Shown here in pieces: positions 26,410 through 36,222 of a stretch of 64,000 nucleotides of DNA. Both the position numbers and the translations under genes were made by a program. The notes below the pieces were generated by a model, which saw only the letters and a program-made list of their open reading frames with translations, did not search any database and was not told the DNA's origin. Every line of letters starts with the position of its first letter. Positions within the stretch are counted from its first letter, which is position 1. Source of the DNA: Acutalibacteraceae bacterium (GTDB taxonomy: Bacteria; Bacillota; Clostridia; Oscillospirales; Acutalibacteraceae); NCBI GenBank assembly GCA_045588855.1, contig JAZNEX010000115.1:6993-70992 (forward strand), written 5' to 3'.

Positions 26410-27525
26410 TTATTTTACATTTTTGTATCTGATTTTGTTGCTTTCTGCGATAAGCACTGAAATATTTATGGTTACCAGTAAAAGCAGTGAATAAGATGAC
26501 AAAAATGAATTGTTAGCAGAAAGTTTAAAGCTGTATGAAAACACTTCAGTGCTGAACGGTAAGAATATATTCAGAATATGAACGGTTAATGCTGATAAAA
26601 ATGCCGATACAAATTTTGTGAGCAAAGCTGTTACCGTTCTGATCTTAAGTTCTTTCATTAATGGTAATTGTTGTAAAAAAATGCAGAAACCTCCGAAAAA
26701 TAAACAGAACGATGAAAGAATTAGATTATTGAATTGCTTGCAATATGTTAAGCCGGACAAAACTTCGCCAAATATTTCAGTTATTTGAATGATGATTTTT
26801 ATCGGGATTATAGTCTTGACTATTGTTTTAAGGCAATAAAAAAGAATTTCAAACGAGCAGATTGAAAGTAAAATTTGTGTTGTATCTTTAATTGCGTTAA
26901 TAAAAGAATCATTGGTAATCGTGTTCTTGCGTGTGATAACTAATTTTGTATTGTTGTTATCCTTCAGATTAATTATTATTGCTAATAACAATGATGAAAT
27001 AATGTTAGAAAACAGGAAAATTAATCCGATTCTATAGCTGTGATATAAATACAGGCCTGCAAATGAAATACAAAAGGATAACCCGGGACCATTAAAAATC
27101 AGCGCTAATCTTTGAGCTTCTTTCAGAGAAATTTTTTTATCTTTATATAAACTGACAGCATTAACATAAGAAGAATTATATCCGAGCAGCAATCCGCTGA
27201 AAATGCTAACGGTACAATTACCTGATAAGCCGAATAGCTTATTTGTCAGGATATGAGTTTTTTGTGTAAGTTTTTCAGGGCTTTGTGCCTTGGCAATAAA
27301 CGAACATATAAGAATTGATGAAAACAGTGTCGGTATCAATATCTGAGTGCATGCAGAAATTGCGTTTATGACAGAATCACTTAATTGTTCGGTGTATAAC
27401 GCATAACATACTATACTTCCTATCAAAATAATCAACTGAAAATTTTCGAAAGCCGAATTCAAAAAGTTAAGATTTTTCATACTATTTTTTATGTGTGGGC
27501 GTAATATTAAATTACAACAAAACAT
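26410..27525 (-). CDS. ylbJ: sporulation integral membrane protein YlbJ-like (nucleoside-recognition/Gate domains)
   Basis: Polytopic membrane protein of YlbJ size lying next to yqfC/yqfD. Start uncertain (27525 or ATG at 27480); neither has a good RBS. Confidence 0.6.
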   Translation of the reverse strand: MFCCNLILRPHIKNSMKNLNFLNSAFENFQLIILIGSIVCYALYTEQLSDSVINAISACTQILIPTLFSSILICSFIAKAQSPEKLTQKTHILTNKLFGLSGNCTVSIFSGLLLGYNSSYVNAVSLYKDKKISLKEAQRLALIFNGPGLSFCISFAGLYLYHSYRIGLIFLFSNIISSLLLAIIINLKDNNNTKLVITRKNTITNDSFINAIKDTTQILLSICSFEILFYCLKTIVKTIIPIKIIIQITEIFGEVLSGLTYCKQFNNLILSSFCLFFGGFCIFLQQLPLMKELKIRTVTALLTKFVSAFLSALTVHILNIFLPFSTEVFSYSFKLSANNSFLSSYSLLLLVTINISVLIAESNKIRYKNVK

Positions 27526-27530
27526 AAATT
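27502..27530 (+). promoter_or_regulatory. sigma-E-like sporulation promoter for yqfC-yqfD
   Basis: TAATATT, 14-nt spacer, CATAAATT. Compared with my recollection of the B. subtilis sigma-E consensus (..ATA.. -14- CATACA.T) there is one mismatch in the -10. Confidence 0.45.
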
Positions 27531-27555
27531 ATTGTGTAGATTCGGGGTGGAAATT

Positions 27556-27828
27556 ATGAATTTGCCAGACAAAATAAAATATTCTATCAATGCTTATCTC
27601 AGAAAACTTGAAATATCGCCCGAAACGGATTTTCTTGTAGAATATAACGATGAAGGTGACCTGACGGTTAAGGGTGGTACTGACTTAAGTATTTATACAG
27701 AAGAAAGAGTTTTGTTGGTTACTAAAAAAAGATCATTAAACATTAAAGGTTGCAATCTTAAGGTATCAGTTTACGGTTCACAGGCAACTGTAATTACCGG
27801 TGAGATCTTAACCGTTGATTTTATTTGA
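27556..27828 (+). CDS. yqfC: sporulation protein YqfC (YabP/YqfC family)
   Basis: Family-typical repeated strand pattern (LTVKGGTDLSIYTEERVLL...NLKVSVYGSQATVITGEI); ATG at 27556 follows a GGGGTGG RBS. Confidence 0.8.
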   Translation: MNLPDKIKYSINAYLRKLEISPETDFLVEYNDEGDLTVKGGTDLSIYTEERVLLVTKKRSLNIKGCNLKVSVYGSQATVITGEILTVDFI

Positions 27829-29006
27829 AAGAAAGTCAGGTGGAGGATATAAGATTAAAAAATATTATTTTCGGTGTTTGTCAGATTACTGCAATACATG
27901 GCTTTGACAATATCTTTTTGTCTGAGTGTCAGAAATCTAAAATTGAATTGACAAATTTAACGTCAGATAATGAATTTTTGAAATTTGAAGTAAGATTTGC
28001 AGATAAGGAATTGTTATTAAAATGTGCAGAAAAAGCAGCAGTAGATATCCATAAAATAAGATATAAAGGAATTCCATATGTGTTTTATCGTTACAGATTA
28101 CGATTCGGAATTCCGTTCGGAATGATTCTGTCAGTCATATTAATAAGTATTTTGGCTTCTATGCTTTGGTCAATTGATTATTCGGGAAATTCATTTATTA
28201 CTGATGAAAAGTTAACAGCGGTAATAGATGATTACGGAGTTTCAATCGGAGTTTTTACTAAATGTATTGATTCGGATGATCTTGAGTTTTTTCTGAGTGA
28301 AAAATTTAAAGAATTTTCACGTGTTTCGGTACATATTGCAGGCTGCAGAATGTTCGTTGATGTGAGAGAAAGAGAAAATATTGCAGATATTAATAACGGG
28401 AATTCGTACAGTAATATTATTGCATCAAAAAACGGTGAAATTATACGTGCCGATATTTTTGAAGGCGACGGAAAAATAGAATCGGGAACACCGGTTGTAA
28501 AAGGGGATCTTCTGGTTGGCGGAGTAATAAATTTCCGTGACGGCAGAGTGCGATTTACTGATGCAAAAGCTGATATATGGGCATACACCAAGAATCATAT
28601 CACGGTTATGTCAGGAACAAAAATAGATGTCTTTGTTCCTTCTGATGTCAGAAATTCATATTCGTTATTGTTTTTCGGTCTGAGATTACCGTTTAAAAAT
28701 ACAGATAAATCTTTTACACAAAACAGGTATTTTTTTGATGCAAATTCAGTTGTGTTTCCCATTGGTATTTCAAGGCAGTTTTATTGCAGTTTAACAAGTG
28801 CAAAGTTGAATCTTAGTTCAGAGGAGGCTTTGCTGATATCTTTTTGTGATTATGCGGTAGCTGTTATGAAGCTGAAGGAAAAAGCTGAAATTGTTGAAGC
28901 AAGTGAGAATGTTATAATTGATGACACGGTCGGATATGAAGCTGTATTCAGATGTGTTGAAAATATTGCCTTAAAAAAAGGCTTCACTGTCGAAGACGAA
29001 AATTAA
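27825..29006 (+). CDS. yqfD: stage IV sporulation protein YqfD
   Basis: YqfD-like size, single central TM segment and position directly after yqfC. Start is either TTG at 27825 or GTG at 27840. Confidence 0.8.
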   Translation: MKESQVEDIRLKNIIFGVCQITAIHGFDNIFLSECQKSKIELTNLTSDNEFLKFEVRFADKELLLKCAEKAAVDIHKIRYKGIPYVFYRYRLRFGIPFGMILSVILISILASMLWSIDYSGNSFITDEKLTAVIDDYGVSIGVFTKCIDSDDLEFFLSEKFKEFSRVSVHIAGCRMFVDVRERENIADINNGNSYSNIIASKNGEIIRADIFEGDGKIESGTPVVKGDLLVGGVINFRDGRVRFTDAKADIWAYTKNHITVMSGTKIDVFVPSDVRNSYSLLFFGLRLPFKNTDKSFTQNRYFFDANSVVFPIGISRQFYCSLTSAKLNLSSEEALLISFCDYAVAVMKLKEKAEIVEASENVIIDDTVGYEAVFRCVENIALKKGFTVEDEN

Positions 29007-29029
29007 ATCTTTGACAGTGAAGCATAATA

Positions 29030-30475
29030 TTAAGCAAAAAAGCTATCTATCAATGAGTGTTTGATGTCCCACAAATTCTGAGACAGATCTACATAATACT
29101 CATGAGGATACTCAAAACGCAGAACTTCTTCCCATAAAGTATCTATTTGTTCTGCGCAATAGTTTCTTGTTTTTTCAGGTGAGGGGAATTTGTAGACAAG
29201 TTCTCCCGAAATAAAAACAGGAATTAACAATTGTCTTGCAACAAAATCTGACACAGTTTTCTTTTTCCATGTGTAATCAGGATCGAAAAGCTCATATTCT
29301 TTAAGTGTTGACAAATCTTCATTTTCAGTGGTCAGAACATCCGCAATTGCTTTACCGGTCTCATTATCAAAAAGACGCCATATATATTTAGGGCATGGGG
29401 TAGTGATTTTTGATACATTTTCTGAAATTTTAATTTTGGGAATAATTGTATTATCTTTTTCAATGGCAGAAAGCTGATAAACACCGGACATTGCGGCACC
29501 GGTAGTGGTTGTAAGAAGTTTGTCGCCTACGAGGAAGCTGTCAATACGCGCACCGTTCTGTAACATATCCCTTATGATGTATTCATCAAGCGAGTTTGAC
29601 GCATAAATATTACAGTCAGGATAGCCTGCATCGTTGAGAATACGTCTGATTTTTTTTGAAAGATATGCCAGATCTCCGCTTTCTATCATAACACCTTTTG
29701 GACGCTTGCCCATAGGAGTGAGAATTGTATCAAAGGTTCTGATTGCATTGGGTAATCCCTTGTCCATTGTATCGTATGTATCAATCAGTAACAGACAATC
29801 GTCAGGGTAGAGAGTTGCGTATTTGCAAAAAGCATCATATTCATCATCAAATAATTGAACCCAGGTGTGGCTCATTGTCGTAAATGACGGGATGTTAAAT
29901 TGCTTTGATGCCGACATATTAGTTGTTGCACAAGAGCCTGCAATATATGCACTTCTGGCACCGTTTAATGCAGCACCGATGCCGTGTGCACCTCTGGAAC
30001 TGAAATCTATTATTTCTCGTCCTGCTGCCGATCTTACCATCCGGTTAGCCTTTGTAGCGATAAGAGATTGATGATTAACGGACAATAAAATGATAGTTTC
30101 AAGGAGCTGGGCCTGTATCACGGGACCACGAACCTTAATAACAGGTTCATTTGCAAAAACAGGAGTTCCCTCGGGAACTGCCCATATGTCGCATGAAAAT
30201 CTGAAATTCCGGAGATAATCAATAAATTCAGAGCTCATACCTTTTGTTTCAAGATATAAAAGGTCATCTTCTGTAAAACTGAGTCTGCTGATATAATCGG
30301 TTAATTGCTGAACGCCGGACATTATGCAAAATCCGCCTATGTCCGGGGTAGGTCTGAAAAACATATCAAACCATGCAATTGTATCGTCAAGTCCGCAGTT
30401 CAGTAAGCCGTTGGCCTGAGCAAGCTGATAGAAATCAAAAAGAAGATCGCACTTATTAAAAATCTGTTTTTTCAT
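29030..30475 (-). CDS. pncB: nicotinate phosphoribosyltransferase
   Basis: About 480 aa, full-length NAPRTase-like sequence. ATG at 30475 lies 9 nt after an AGGTG RBS; the ORF track starts at 30487. Confidence 0.9.
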   Translation of the reverse strand: MKKQIFNKCDLLFDFYQLAQANGLLNCGLDDTIAWFDMFFRPTPDIGGFCIMSGVQQLTDYISRLSFTEDDLLYLETKGMSSEFIDYLRNFRFSCDIWAVPEGTPVFANEPVIKVRGPVIQAQLLETIILLSVNHQSLIATKANRMVRSAAGREIIDFSSRGAHGIGAALNGARSAYIAGSCATTNMSASKQFNIPSFTTMSHTWVQLFDDEYDAFCKYATLYPDDCLLLIDTYDTMDKGLPNAIRTFDTILTPMGKRPKGVMIESGDLAYLSKKIRRILNDAGYPDCNIYASNSLDEYIIRDMLQNGARIDSFLVGDKLLTTTTGAAMSGVYQLSAIEKDNTIIPKIKISENVSKITTPCPKYIWRLFDNETGKAIADVLTTENEDLSTLKEYELFDPDYTWKKKTVSDFVARQLLIPVFISGELVYKFPSPEKTRNYCAEQIDTLWEEVLRFEYPHEYYVDLSQNLWDIKHSLIDSFFA

Positions 30476-30598
30476 AAAAAGCATCACCTGAATATTTTTT
30501 TATATTGTACCATAATACTCCTTTACAATCAATGATTAAAATTAGCAGATATGATAATTAAAATTATTGTTAAATAATAAACATAATGTTATGTATTG

Positions 30599-30627
30599 TT
30601 GACAAATAAAAATACTTGTGCTAAAAT
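30599..30627 (+). promoter_or_regulatory. sigma-A promoter with extended -10
   Basis: TTGACA, 17-nt spacer ending in TGc, then TAAAAT. Confidence 0.6.
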
Positions 30628-30655
30628 ATTGCAAAAATGTTAACAGGTGAGAAAA

Positions 30656-30901
30656 ATGAGATTAAGAAAACAAGAGCTTGGCTCACGAAATATTGTCGGT
30701 GCAAGAATAGAAAGCAAGAGAAAAGAGCTTAATATGAAGCAAAAGGATCTTCTCGCTCAGTTACAGGTTGCCGGAATGGACATAAATGCCTCCGGTTTGT
30801 CAAAGCTTGAAGGACAGGTGAGGAGCGTGTGCGATTATGAGTTAGTTGTTATTGCACAGGTACTCGGAGTAAGTGTTATGTGGTTGCTTGGCTTAGAATA
30901 A
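30656..30901 (+). CDS. XRE-family helix-turn-helix transcriptional regulator
   Basis: HTH_3-like sequence (IESKRKELNMKQKDLLAQL...); ATG at 30656 follows a GGTGAG RBS. Confidence 0.75.
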   Translation: MRLRKQELGSRNIVGARIESKRKELNMKQKDLLAQLQVAGMDINASGLSKLEGQVRSVCDYELVVIAQVLGVSVMWLLGLE

Positions 30902-30925
30902 CAATTTTTAAATTATAAAATTTTC

Positions 30926-30954
30926 TTGCAATTCGTAGTATATAATGGTATAAT
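30926..30954 (+). promoter_or_regulatory. sigma-A type promoter for the second XRE gene
   Basis: TTGCAA, 17-nt spacer, TATAAT. Confidence 0.5.
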
Positions 30955-30956
30955 TT

Positions 30957-30982
30957 ATCCGGACTTTTGTCCGGATTTTTTT
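30957..30982 (+). terminator. intrinsic terminator hairpin placed immediately after the promoter -10
   Basis: TCCGGAC-TTTT-GTCCGGA followed by T7. Confidence 0.6.
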
Positions 30983-31002
30983 CTTTTCAGCGGGGGTTTG
31001 TT

Positions 31003-31464
31003 ATGTTAATGACCGAAAGATTGAAAGCAGCCAGAAATGCATGTAAGCTGACTCAACAACAGCTTGCTGATATCCTCGGAATAGACCGATCAACATATGC
31101 TTATTATGAACTCGGTACTCTGAATCCTCCTCCTGACATCCTGAAAATGCTTTCTTCTGTTTTTAAGTCTGATACTGAGTGGTTGTCCGGTTCTTTCAGA
31201 GAAAAAATGTTATGGTCTGCACCTGAAACTCCGATGCTTATGCAACAGCGAATAAATGAAAAGAAAATGGCCGAGCTGACAAAAGATGAAAGAGCATTGA
31301 TAGCGTTATATCGTATAGCAATAAATAACGGTAATAAGGACGAAATGTTCAGGCTTCTTTCTGATACTGCGACGCAATTTAATGAAGAATTTGAAAAAAA
31401 TAGTGATGGTTCAATTGTTATAGATAAAGATTTTGATGATGAGGAAGACAGTGAAGGTTATTAA
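31003..31464 (+). CDS. XRE-family HTH domain protein with an acidic C-terminal extension
   Basis: HTH_3 motif LTQQQLADILGIDRSTYAYYELG; ATG at 31003 follows a GGGGG RBS. Confidence 0.75.
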   Translation: MLMTERLKAARNACKLTQQQLADILGIDRSTYAYYELGTLNPPPDILKMLSSVFKSDTEWLSGSFREKMLWSAPETPMLMQQRINEKKMAELTKDERALIALYRIAINNGNKDEMFRLLSDTATQFNEEFEKNSDGSIVIDKDFDDEEDSEGY

Positions 31465-32740
31465 GAATTTCACAGAGAATAACTCTGAAATTAAACAACT
31501 AGCAGTTATCGGTGGTGGTGCATCCGGTATATTTGCTGCTTTGTCAGCTGCCCGAGAATCAAAAAAAACAGGACATAATATTAAAGTTACTATTTATGAA
31601 AGTAATCCCAGAATCGGCAAGAAACTTTTGGTAACCGGTAACGGAAGATGTAATTTTACAAATTCTGATATTAAAGAAGATAATTATCACGGAGCTTCAT
31701 CTCTTGCCTATTCTGTTTATAAAAAATTTGATTACATAAATTGTTGTGATTTTTTTAAGTCTATCGGTATTATTCCGAAAATCGATCAGGCCGGCCGTAT
31801 TTATCCGATGTCATTGCAGGCTTCCTCGGTTCTTGATGCTCTCAGATATGACCTTGATACATATGGCATAAATGTTTTGTGTGATTCTCCTGTGTTTTCT
31901 GTTGAGCGTCATAATAACGGTTACTTGATCAATAATGAGTATTATGCTGATGCCTGTATTATTGCCACAGGTGGTAAAGCAGCACCTGTTCACGGCAGTA
32001 ACGGCAGCGGTTTTGAATTGTTAAGAAATTTCAATATTTCGGTTGTTCCTGTTTTGCCTGCTCTCAGTCCCATTGTTTGTGATTTGTTTCCTAAGGGACT
32101 AAAAGGTGTAAGAGCACAAGGAACTGTTAGTATTAAAGTTAACGGTAAAGTTATAGCACGCGATACGGGTGAAATACAGTATACAGATTTCGGATTATCG
32201 GGTATTCCTTCAATGCAGGTCTCTGGCGTTGTGAGCCGTGCACTGAACACATCCTCAGATCGAGTATATGCTTGCGTCGATTCATGTCCCGCACTTTCAG
32301 AAGCTGAGCTGAAGGATTATATCTGTGCTTTGATGCGATCAAAGCCTGATATGCCGGGTGAGAATCTGTTAAGCGGAATTATTCCCAAAAAGCTAGGTAT
32401 TACATTTTTATGTGATTGTTCTGTAAATCCTACTAAAAAAATCGGGATTTTGAGCAACGGTGTTATTGATAAGATCGTGGCTCAGATTAAAAACAAAAAA
32501 TATGTAGTAAAGTCTGTAAAAGGGTTTAATGAAGCACAGGTTTCCTGCGGTGGTATCTGCAGTGATGAAATTTGCTTTGAAACTCTCGAATTAAAAAAAT
32601 TAAAAAATGTATTTGTTTGCGGTGAGATTGTTGATGTTGACGGAGATTGCGGCGGTTATAATCTTCAGTGGGCATGGAGCAGCGGATTTGTCGCAGGGGT
32701 AAATGCAGTCAGGGAGATTAACTGTGCTACGAATAAATGA
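31433..32740 (+). CDS. HI0933/BaiN-like NAD(P)/FAD-dependent oxidoreductase
   Basis: GGGASG dinucleotide fold and the family motif GNGRCNFTN. Start uncertain: ATG at 31433 or GTG at 31451. Confidence 0.85.
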   Translation: MMMRKTVKVIKNFTENNSEIKQLAVIGGGASGIFAALSAARESKKTGHNIKVTIYESNPRIGKKLLVTGNGRCNFTNSDIKEDNYHGASSLAYSVYKKFDYINCCDFFKSIGIIPKIDQAGRIYPMSLQASSVLDALRYDLDTYGINVLCDSPVFSVERHNNGYLINNEYYADACIIATGGKAAPVHGSNGSGFELLRNFNISVVPVLPALSPIVCDLFPKGLKGVRAQGTVSIKVNGKVIARDTGEIQYTDFGLSGIPSMQVSGVVSRALNTSSDRVYACVDSCPALSEAELKDYICALMRSKPDMPGENLLSGIIPKKLGITFLCDCSVNPTKKIGILSNGVIDKIVAQIKNKKYVVKSVKGFNEAQVSCGGICSDEICFETLELKKLKNVFVCGEIVDVDGDCGGYNLQWAWSSGFVAGVNAVREINCATNK

Positions 32741-34331
32741 AATTTCAGTACCGTTGGATGCTGATTATCAAACAATTAAAAAAGAAATCAGCGGAATTAT
32801 CAATGTTCCGATTGAAGATATTGTTGAATTTGAAATTGCTCGTCAGTCAATTGACAGCCGCCAAAGAAATAATATCAGATTTATATATAGCGTAAATGTA
32901 ACAGTAAATGCTGACGAAAATAAAATTCTATCACGATTCCCGTCTTCAAAAGTTACTTTGTTTGAACGTTATGAGTATTCCTTGCCCGATAACAGGAGGA
33001 ACTCAAAGTTTCGTCCCGTGATTGTAGGATTTGGTCCTGCCGGTATGTTTGCAGGTCTTATACTGGCAAATGCCGGTCTCAATCCCTTGATTCTTGAACG
33101 CGGTAATGATGTTGATACGAGAACTGCTGATGTATACGGTTTCTGGCATTCCAGAAAATTGAATACTTCTTCAAATGTTCAATTTGGTGAAGGCGGAGCC
33201 GGAACATTTTCAGACGGTAAGCTGACAACGGGGATTAAGGATCCGAGATGCCGTTATGTGCTTGAAAGTTTTACAGCTTTCGGTGCTCCCGAGCAGATTC
33301 TTTATTCATCGCATCCTCATATAGGTACAGATAAGCTGGTTGACGTTGTAAAAAATATACGAAAAGAAATTATTCGGCTAGGCGGTGAAGTACGTTTCGG
33401 TTGCTGCCTCAATGATATATATCAAGCAAACGGTTATATTCAGGGTTTTGCCTACAGTAACGAAAACGGAAATATCGTTGAAGAAGAGACGGATTGTCTT
33501 ATACTATGCATAGGTCATTCTGCCAGAGATACTGTCCATATGCTGCATTCTCGTGGTATGAATATGGAACAAAAGGCCTTTTCTGTCGGTGTGCGTATTG
33601 AACACCCTCAGGAAATGATTAATAAATCATTGTTCGGAAAGTTTTATAATCATCCTCTGCTCGGTGCAGCTAATTATAAGCTTTCCAATCATTCACTTCA
33701 TAATCGCGGTGGTTACACTTTTTGTATGTGTCCCGGCGGAACTGTTGTCTGTGCTTCTTCTGAAGAAGAGATGGTTGTTGTTAACGGAATGAGTGAGTAT
33801 GCGCGTTCGGGTCCCAATGCAAATTCCGCAATTCTTGTTGGTGTTGAACCTGAACGCTTCGGTTCCTCGCATCCTCTTGCCGGAATTGAATTTCAGCGCA
33901 ATATCGAGAAGGCTGCGTATGTTTTTGGCGGTGGCGACTATACTGCTCCCGGACAGACCGTCGGAGATTTTCTTGCAGGGCATGGTTCTGAAAAGTTAGG
34001 TAAGGTTATCCCTACATGTCCGACGGGTGTGTGTCCGACTGATATAAGAAAGGTATTGCCGTCATTTGTTACTGATACGGTAGCGGAATCCATCGTTGCC
34101 TTCAATAAGAAATTAGATGGCTTTGCTTTAAATGATGCTGTGCTTACCGCGCCTGAAAGCCGAAGTTCTTCACCGGTAAGAATATTAAGAGACGAATTCC
34201 GTCAATCAAATATCAAAGGTGTTTTTCCTTGTGGTGAAGGTGCAGGTTATGCCGGCGGTATTGTTTCTGCTGCTGTTGACGGTATCAAATGTGCCGAAGC
34301 TGTACTCGCAGATGAAATTGATGATTGTTAA
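32724..34331 (+). CDS. FAD-dependent oxidoreductase (COG2509-like uncharacterised dehydrogenase)
   Basis: GFGPAGMFAG FAD fold plus a C-terminal CGEGAGYAGGI block; GTG at 32724 follows an AGGGAG RBS. Confidence 0.8.
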   Translation: MLRINEISVPLDADYQTIKKEISGIINVPIEDIVEFEIARQSIDSRQRNNIRFIYSVNVTVNADENKILSRFPSSKVTLFERYEYSLPDNRRNSKFRPVIVGFGPAGMFAGLILANAGLNPLILERGNDVDTRTADVYGFWHSRKLNTSSNVQFGEGGAGTFSDGKLTTGIKDPRCRYVLESFTAFGAPEQILYSSHPHIGTDKLVDVVKNIRKEIIRLGGEVRFGCCLNDIYQANGYIQGFAYSNENGNIVEEETDCLILCIGHSARDTVHMLHSRGMNMEQKAFSVGVRIEHPQEMINKSLFGKFYNHPLLGAANYKLSNHSLHNRGGYTFCMCPGGTVVCASSEEEMVVVNGMSEYARSGPNANSAILVGVEPERFGSSHPLAGIEFQRNIEKAAYVFGGGDYTAPGQTVGDFLAGHGSEKLGKVIPTCPTGVCPTDIRKVLPSFVTDTVAESIVAFNKKLDGFALNDAVLTAPESRSSSPVRILRDEFRQSNIKGVFPCGEGAGYAGGIVSAAVDGIKCAEAVLADEIDDC

Positions 34332-34353
34332 ATAAAATTAAAGGTGATAATAT

Positions 34354-35319
34354 ATGAAAACTCTTGCTCTTGTTGTTCCTTGCTATAATGAAGCTGCTGT
34401 TATTGAAATGTTTTTTTCAGAAACAATGAAAGTAGTTGAAAAGCTTAAGCCTGAATATTCTACAGAATTTGTTTTTGTAGATGATGGCAGTAAAGACGAT
34501 ACTCTGAAGATTTTAAAGGAGCTTGCTGCGGTTAATCATTTTGTAAAATTTATTTCTTTTTCGCGTAATTTCGGAAAAGAAGCTGCTATGCTTGCAGGAA
34601 TGGATTATGCTGTCAAGTCAGATTATATCGGTATTCTTGATGCTGATTTACAGCATTCTCCTGAGCTTATTCCTGAAATGCTTGATTATGTTGCTAATCA
34701 GGGCTATGATGTTTGTGCAGCAAACCGAGAGGACAGAGAAGGTGAAGCTAAATTAAAGAGTTTCCTTTCTGAAAGCTTCTATAAAGTTATCAATAAAGTA
34801 AGTGAAACTAAAATTGTTGAGTCTGCTCAGGATTTCAGAATAATGAGAAGGGAAGTTGTTAAATCAATAATTTCCTTACCTGAAAATATAAGATTTTCTA
34901 AGGGTATTTTCTCTTGGGTTGGTTTTAATGTTAAGTGGATCAGCCATACTAACAGAGAGCGAGCTGCAGGCGAAACAAAATGGTCAATTACCAAGCTTGC
35001 TAAATATGCTATTGACGGTATCCTTGGTTTCACTACCTCACCGTTAAGAATCAGTTTTCTTTTTGCTTTCCTTTGTGCACTTACTGCATTCGGCTCACTT
35101 GCATATGCTGTTATTAGAAATATTTTAGATTCAGCATATATCGGAATCATTCCTTATGTTCTTTGCGGAATGTTTGTAATTGCCTTTTTGCTTTTGCTTT
35201 GTATCGGTATTCTCGGCGAATACCTTGCAAGAGTTTATACGGAAAGCAAGCACAGACCTAAATATATTATATCACAGACAAATACACAGGTTTCTTATCT
35301 GAATCCTGATGAAATATAA
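34354..35319 (+). CDS. GT2 polyprenyl-phosphate glycosyltransferase (GtrB/ArnC/CsbB-like)
   Basis: VVPCYNE...DDGSKDDT...DADLQH motifs plus two C-terminal TM segments. Confidence 0.85.
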   Translation: MKTLALVVPCYNEAAVIEMFFSETMKVVEKLKPEYSTEFVFVDDGSKDDTLKILKELAAVNHFVKFISFSRNFGKEAAMLAGMDYAVKSDYIGILDADLQHSPELIPEMLDYVANQGYDVCAANREDREGEAKLKSFLSESFYKVINKVSETKIVESAQDFRIMRREVVKSIISLPENIRFSKGIFSWVGFNVKWISHTNRERAAGETKWSITKLAKYAIDGILGFTTSPLRISFLFAFLCALTAFGSLAYAVIRNILDSAYIGIIPYVLCGMFVIAFLLLLCIGILGEYLARVYTESKHRPKYIISQTNTQVSYLNPDEI

Positions 35320-35331
35320 AGGAGAATTATT

Positions 35332-35532
35332 ATGGTTGTTACAAAAACTACAAAAATCGGCGATATTCTTGATGCAGACAGAGGCACAGCACCTTTCTTT
35401 CAGAATATGGGAATGCATTGTCTCGGATGTCCTTCTGCAAGAAATGAGTCTATAGCACAGGCTTGTATGGTTCACGGTGTTGATGTTGATGATCTTATTG
35501 AAGAACTCAACAATTATTTTCTTACAAGATAA
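35332..35532 (+). CDS. DUF1858-type small protein (hybrid-cluster-protein-associated redox disulfide domain)
   Basis: Motif GMHCLGCP and a size of about 66 aa. Confidence 0.75.
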   Translation: MVVTKTTKIGDILDADRGTAPFFQNMGMHCLGCPSARNESIAQACMVHGVDVDDLIEELNNYFLTR

Positions 35533-36222
35533 ATGATTAATATCGGACCGAGACTTCTGTGTGCTGCATCTATGGTTCGGTGCAGAAGTAAAATTGTGGA
35601 TATCGGAACAGATCATGCATATCTTCCGTCTTACCTGATTCTTAACGGTAAGGCGGAGGATGTTCTTGCTTGTGATATAGGTTTAATGCCATTAAAAAAT
35701 GCAGAGAAGACTGTAAACAAATTCTGTCTTCATGAAAATATCAAGCTTCGTATTTCGGACGGTCTTAAATCTGTATCACCTGATGAAGCGGATGAGATAA
35801 TTATCTGCGGTATGGGCGGCAATCTGATAGTTGATATTTTATCTGCAGCACCTTGGATCAAAAGAGAAAGTATTCACCTGATTCTTCAGCCTATGACACA
35901 CTCTGAGGATGTCAGATATTTTCTATGCAATAACGGTTTCGAAATTGATAATGAAATTTTTGTTACCGATAATAAAAAGGTTTATTGTTGTATTTCTGCA
36001 ATATATACCGGTTCTGTTGCTTCGATTGATCCGGGTTTTTGTTACTTCGGTTTTTTGCCTGAAAGCAATATAGAAGCTGATATTTATGCTGACAGCAGAA
36101 TCCGTAGGGTAAATGTAAAGCTTGAAGCTCTTCGAAATTCATCTCCCGGCTGCTCAGAAATAGCTGAGCTTGAATATCTGAAGGAATATTACGAAAAGAG
36201 GAAAATGAATGACTGTTCGTGA
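35533..36222 (+). CDS. trmK: tRNA (adenine22-N1)-methyltransferase
   Basis: DIGTDHAYLP motif; followed by a nif3-like gene, as in B. subtilis yqfN-yqfO. Confidence 0.85.
   Translation: MINIGPRLLCAASMVRCRSKIVDIGTDHAYLPSYLILNGKAEDVLACDIGLMPLKNAEKTVNKFCLHENIKLRISDGLKSVSPDEADEIIICGMGGNLIVDILSAAPWIKRESIHLILQPMTHSEDVRYFLCNNGFEIDNEIFVTDNKKVYCCISAIYTGSVASIDPGFCYFGFLPESNIEADIYADSRIRRVNVKLEALRNSSPGCSEIAELEYLKEYYEKRKMNDCS

Noticed and set aside
26095-26460. 121-aa plus-strand ORF
   Set aside because: It is low-complexity with no RBS. It overlaps the opposite-strand 69-aa ORF, which does have a proper RBS, and the 3' end of ylbJ.
31561-31568. A8 homopolymer inside the HI0933-like flavoprotein gene, as a potential phase-variation tract
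   Set aside because: The tract is short, encodes Lys-Lys in a normal context, and the reading frame is intact. There is no supporting evidence.
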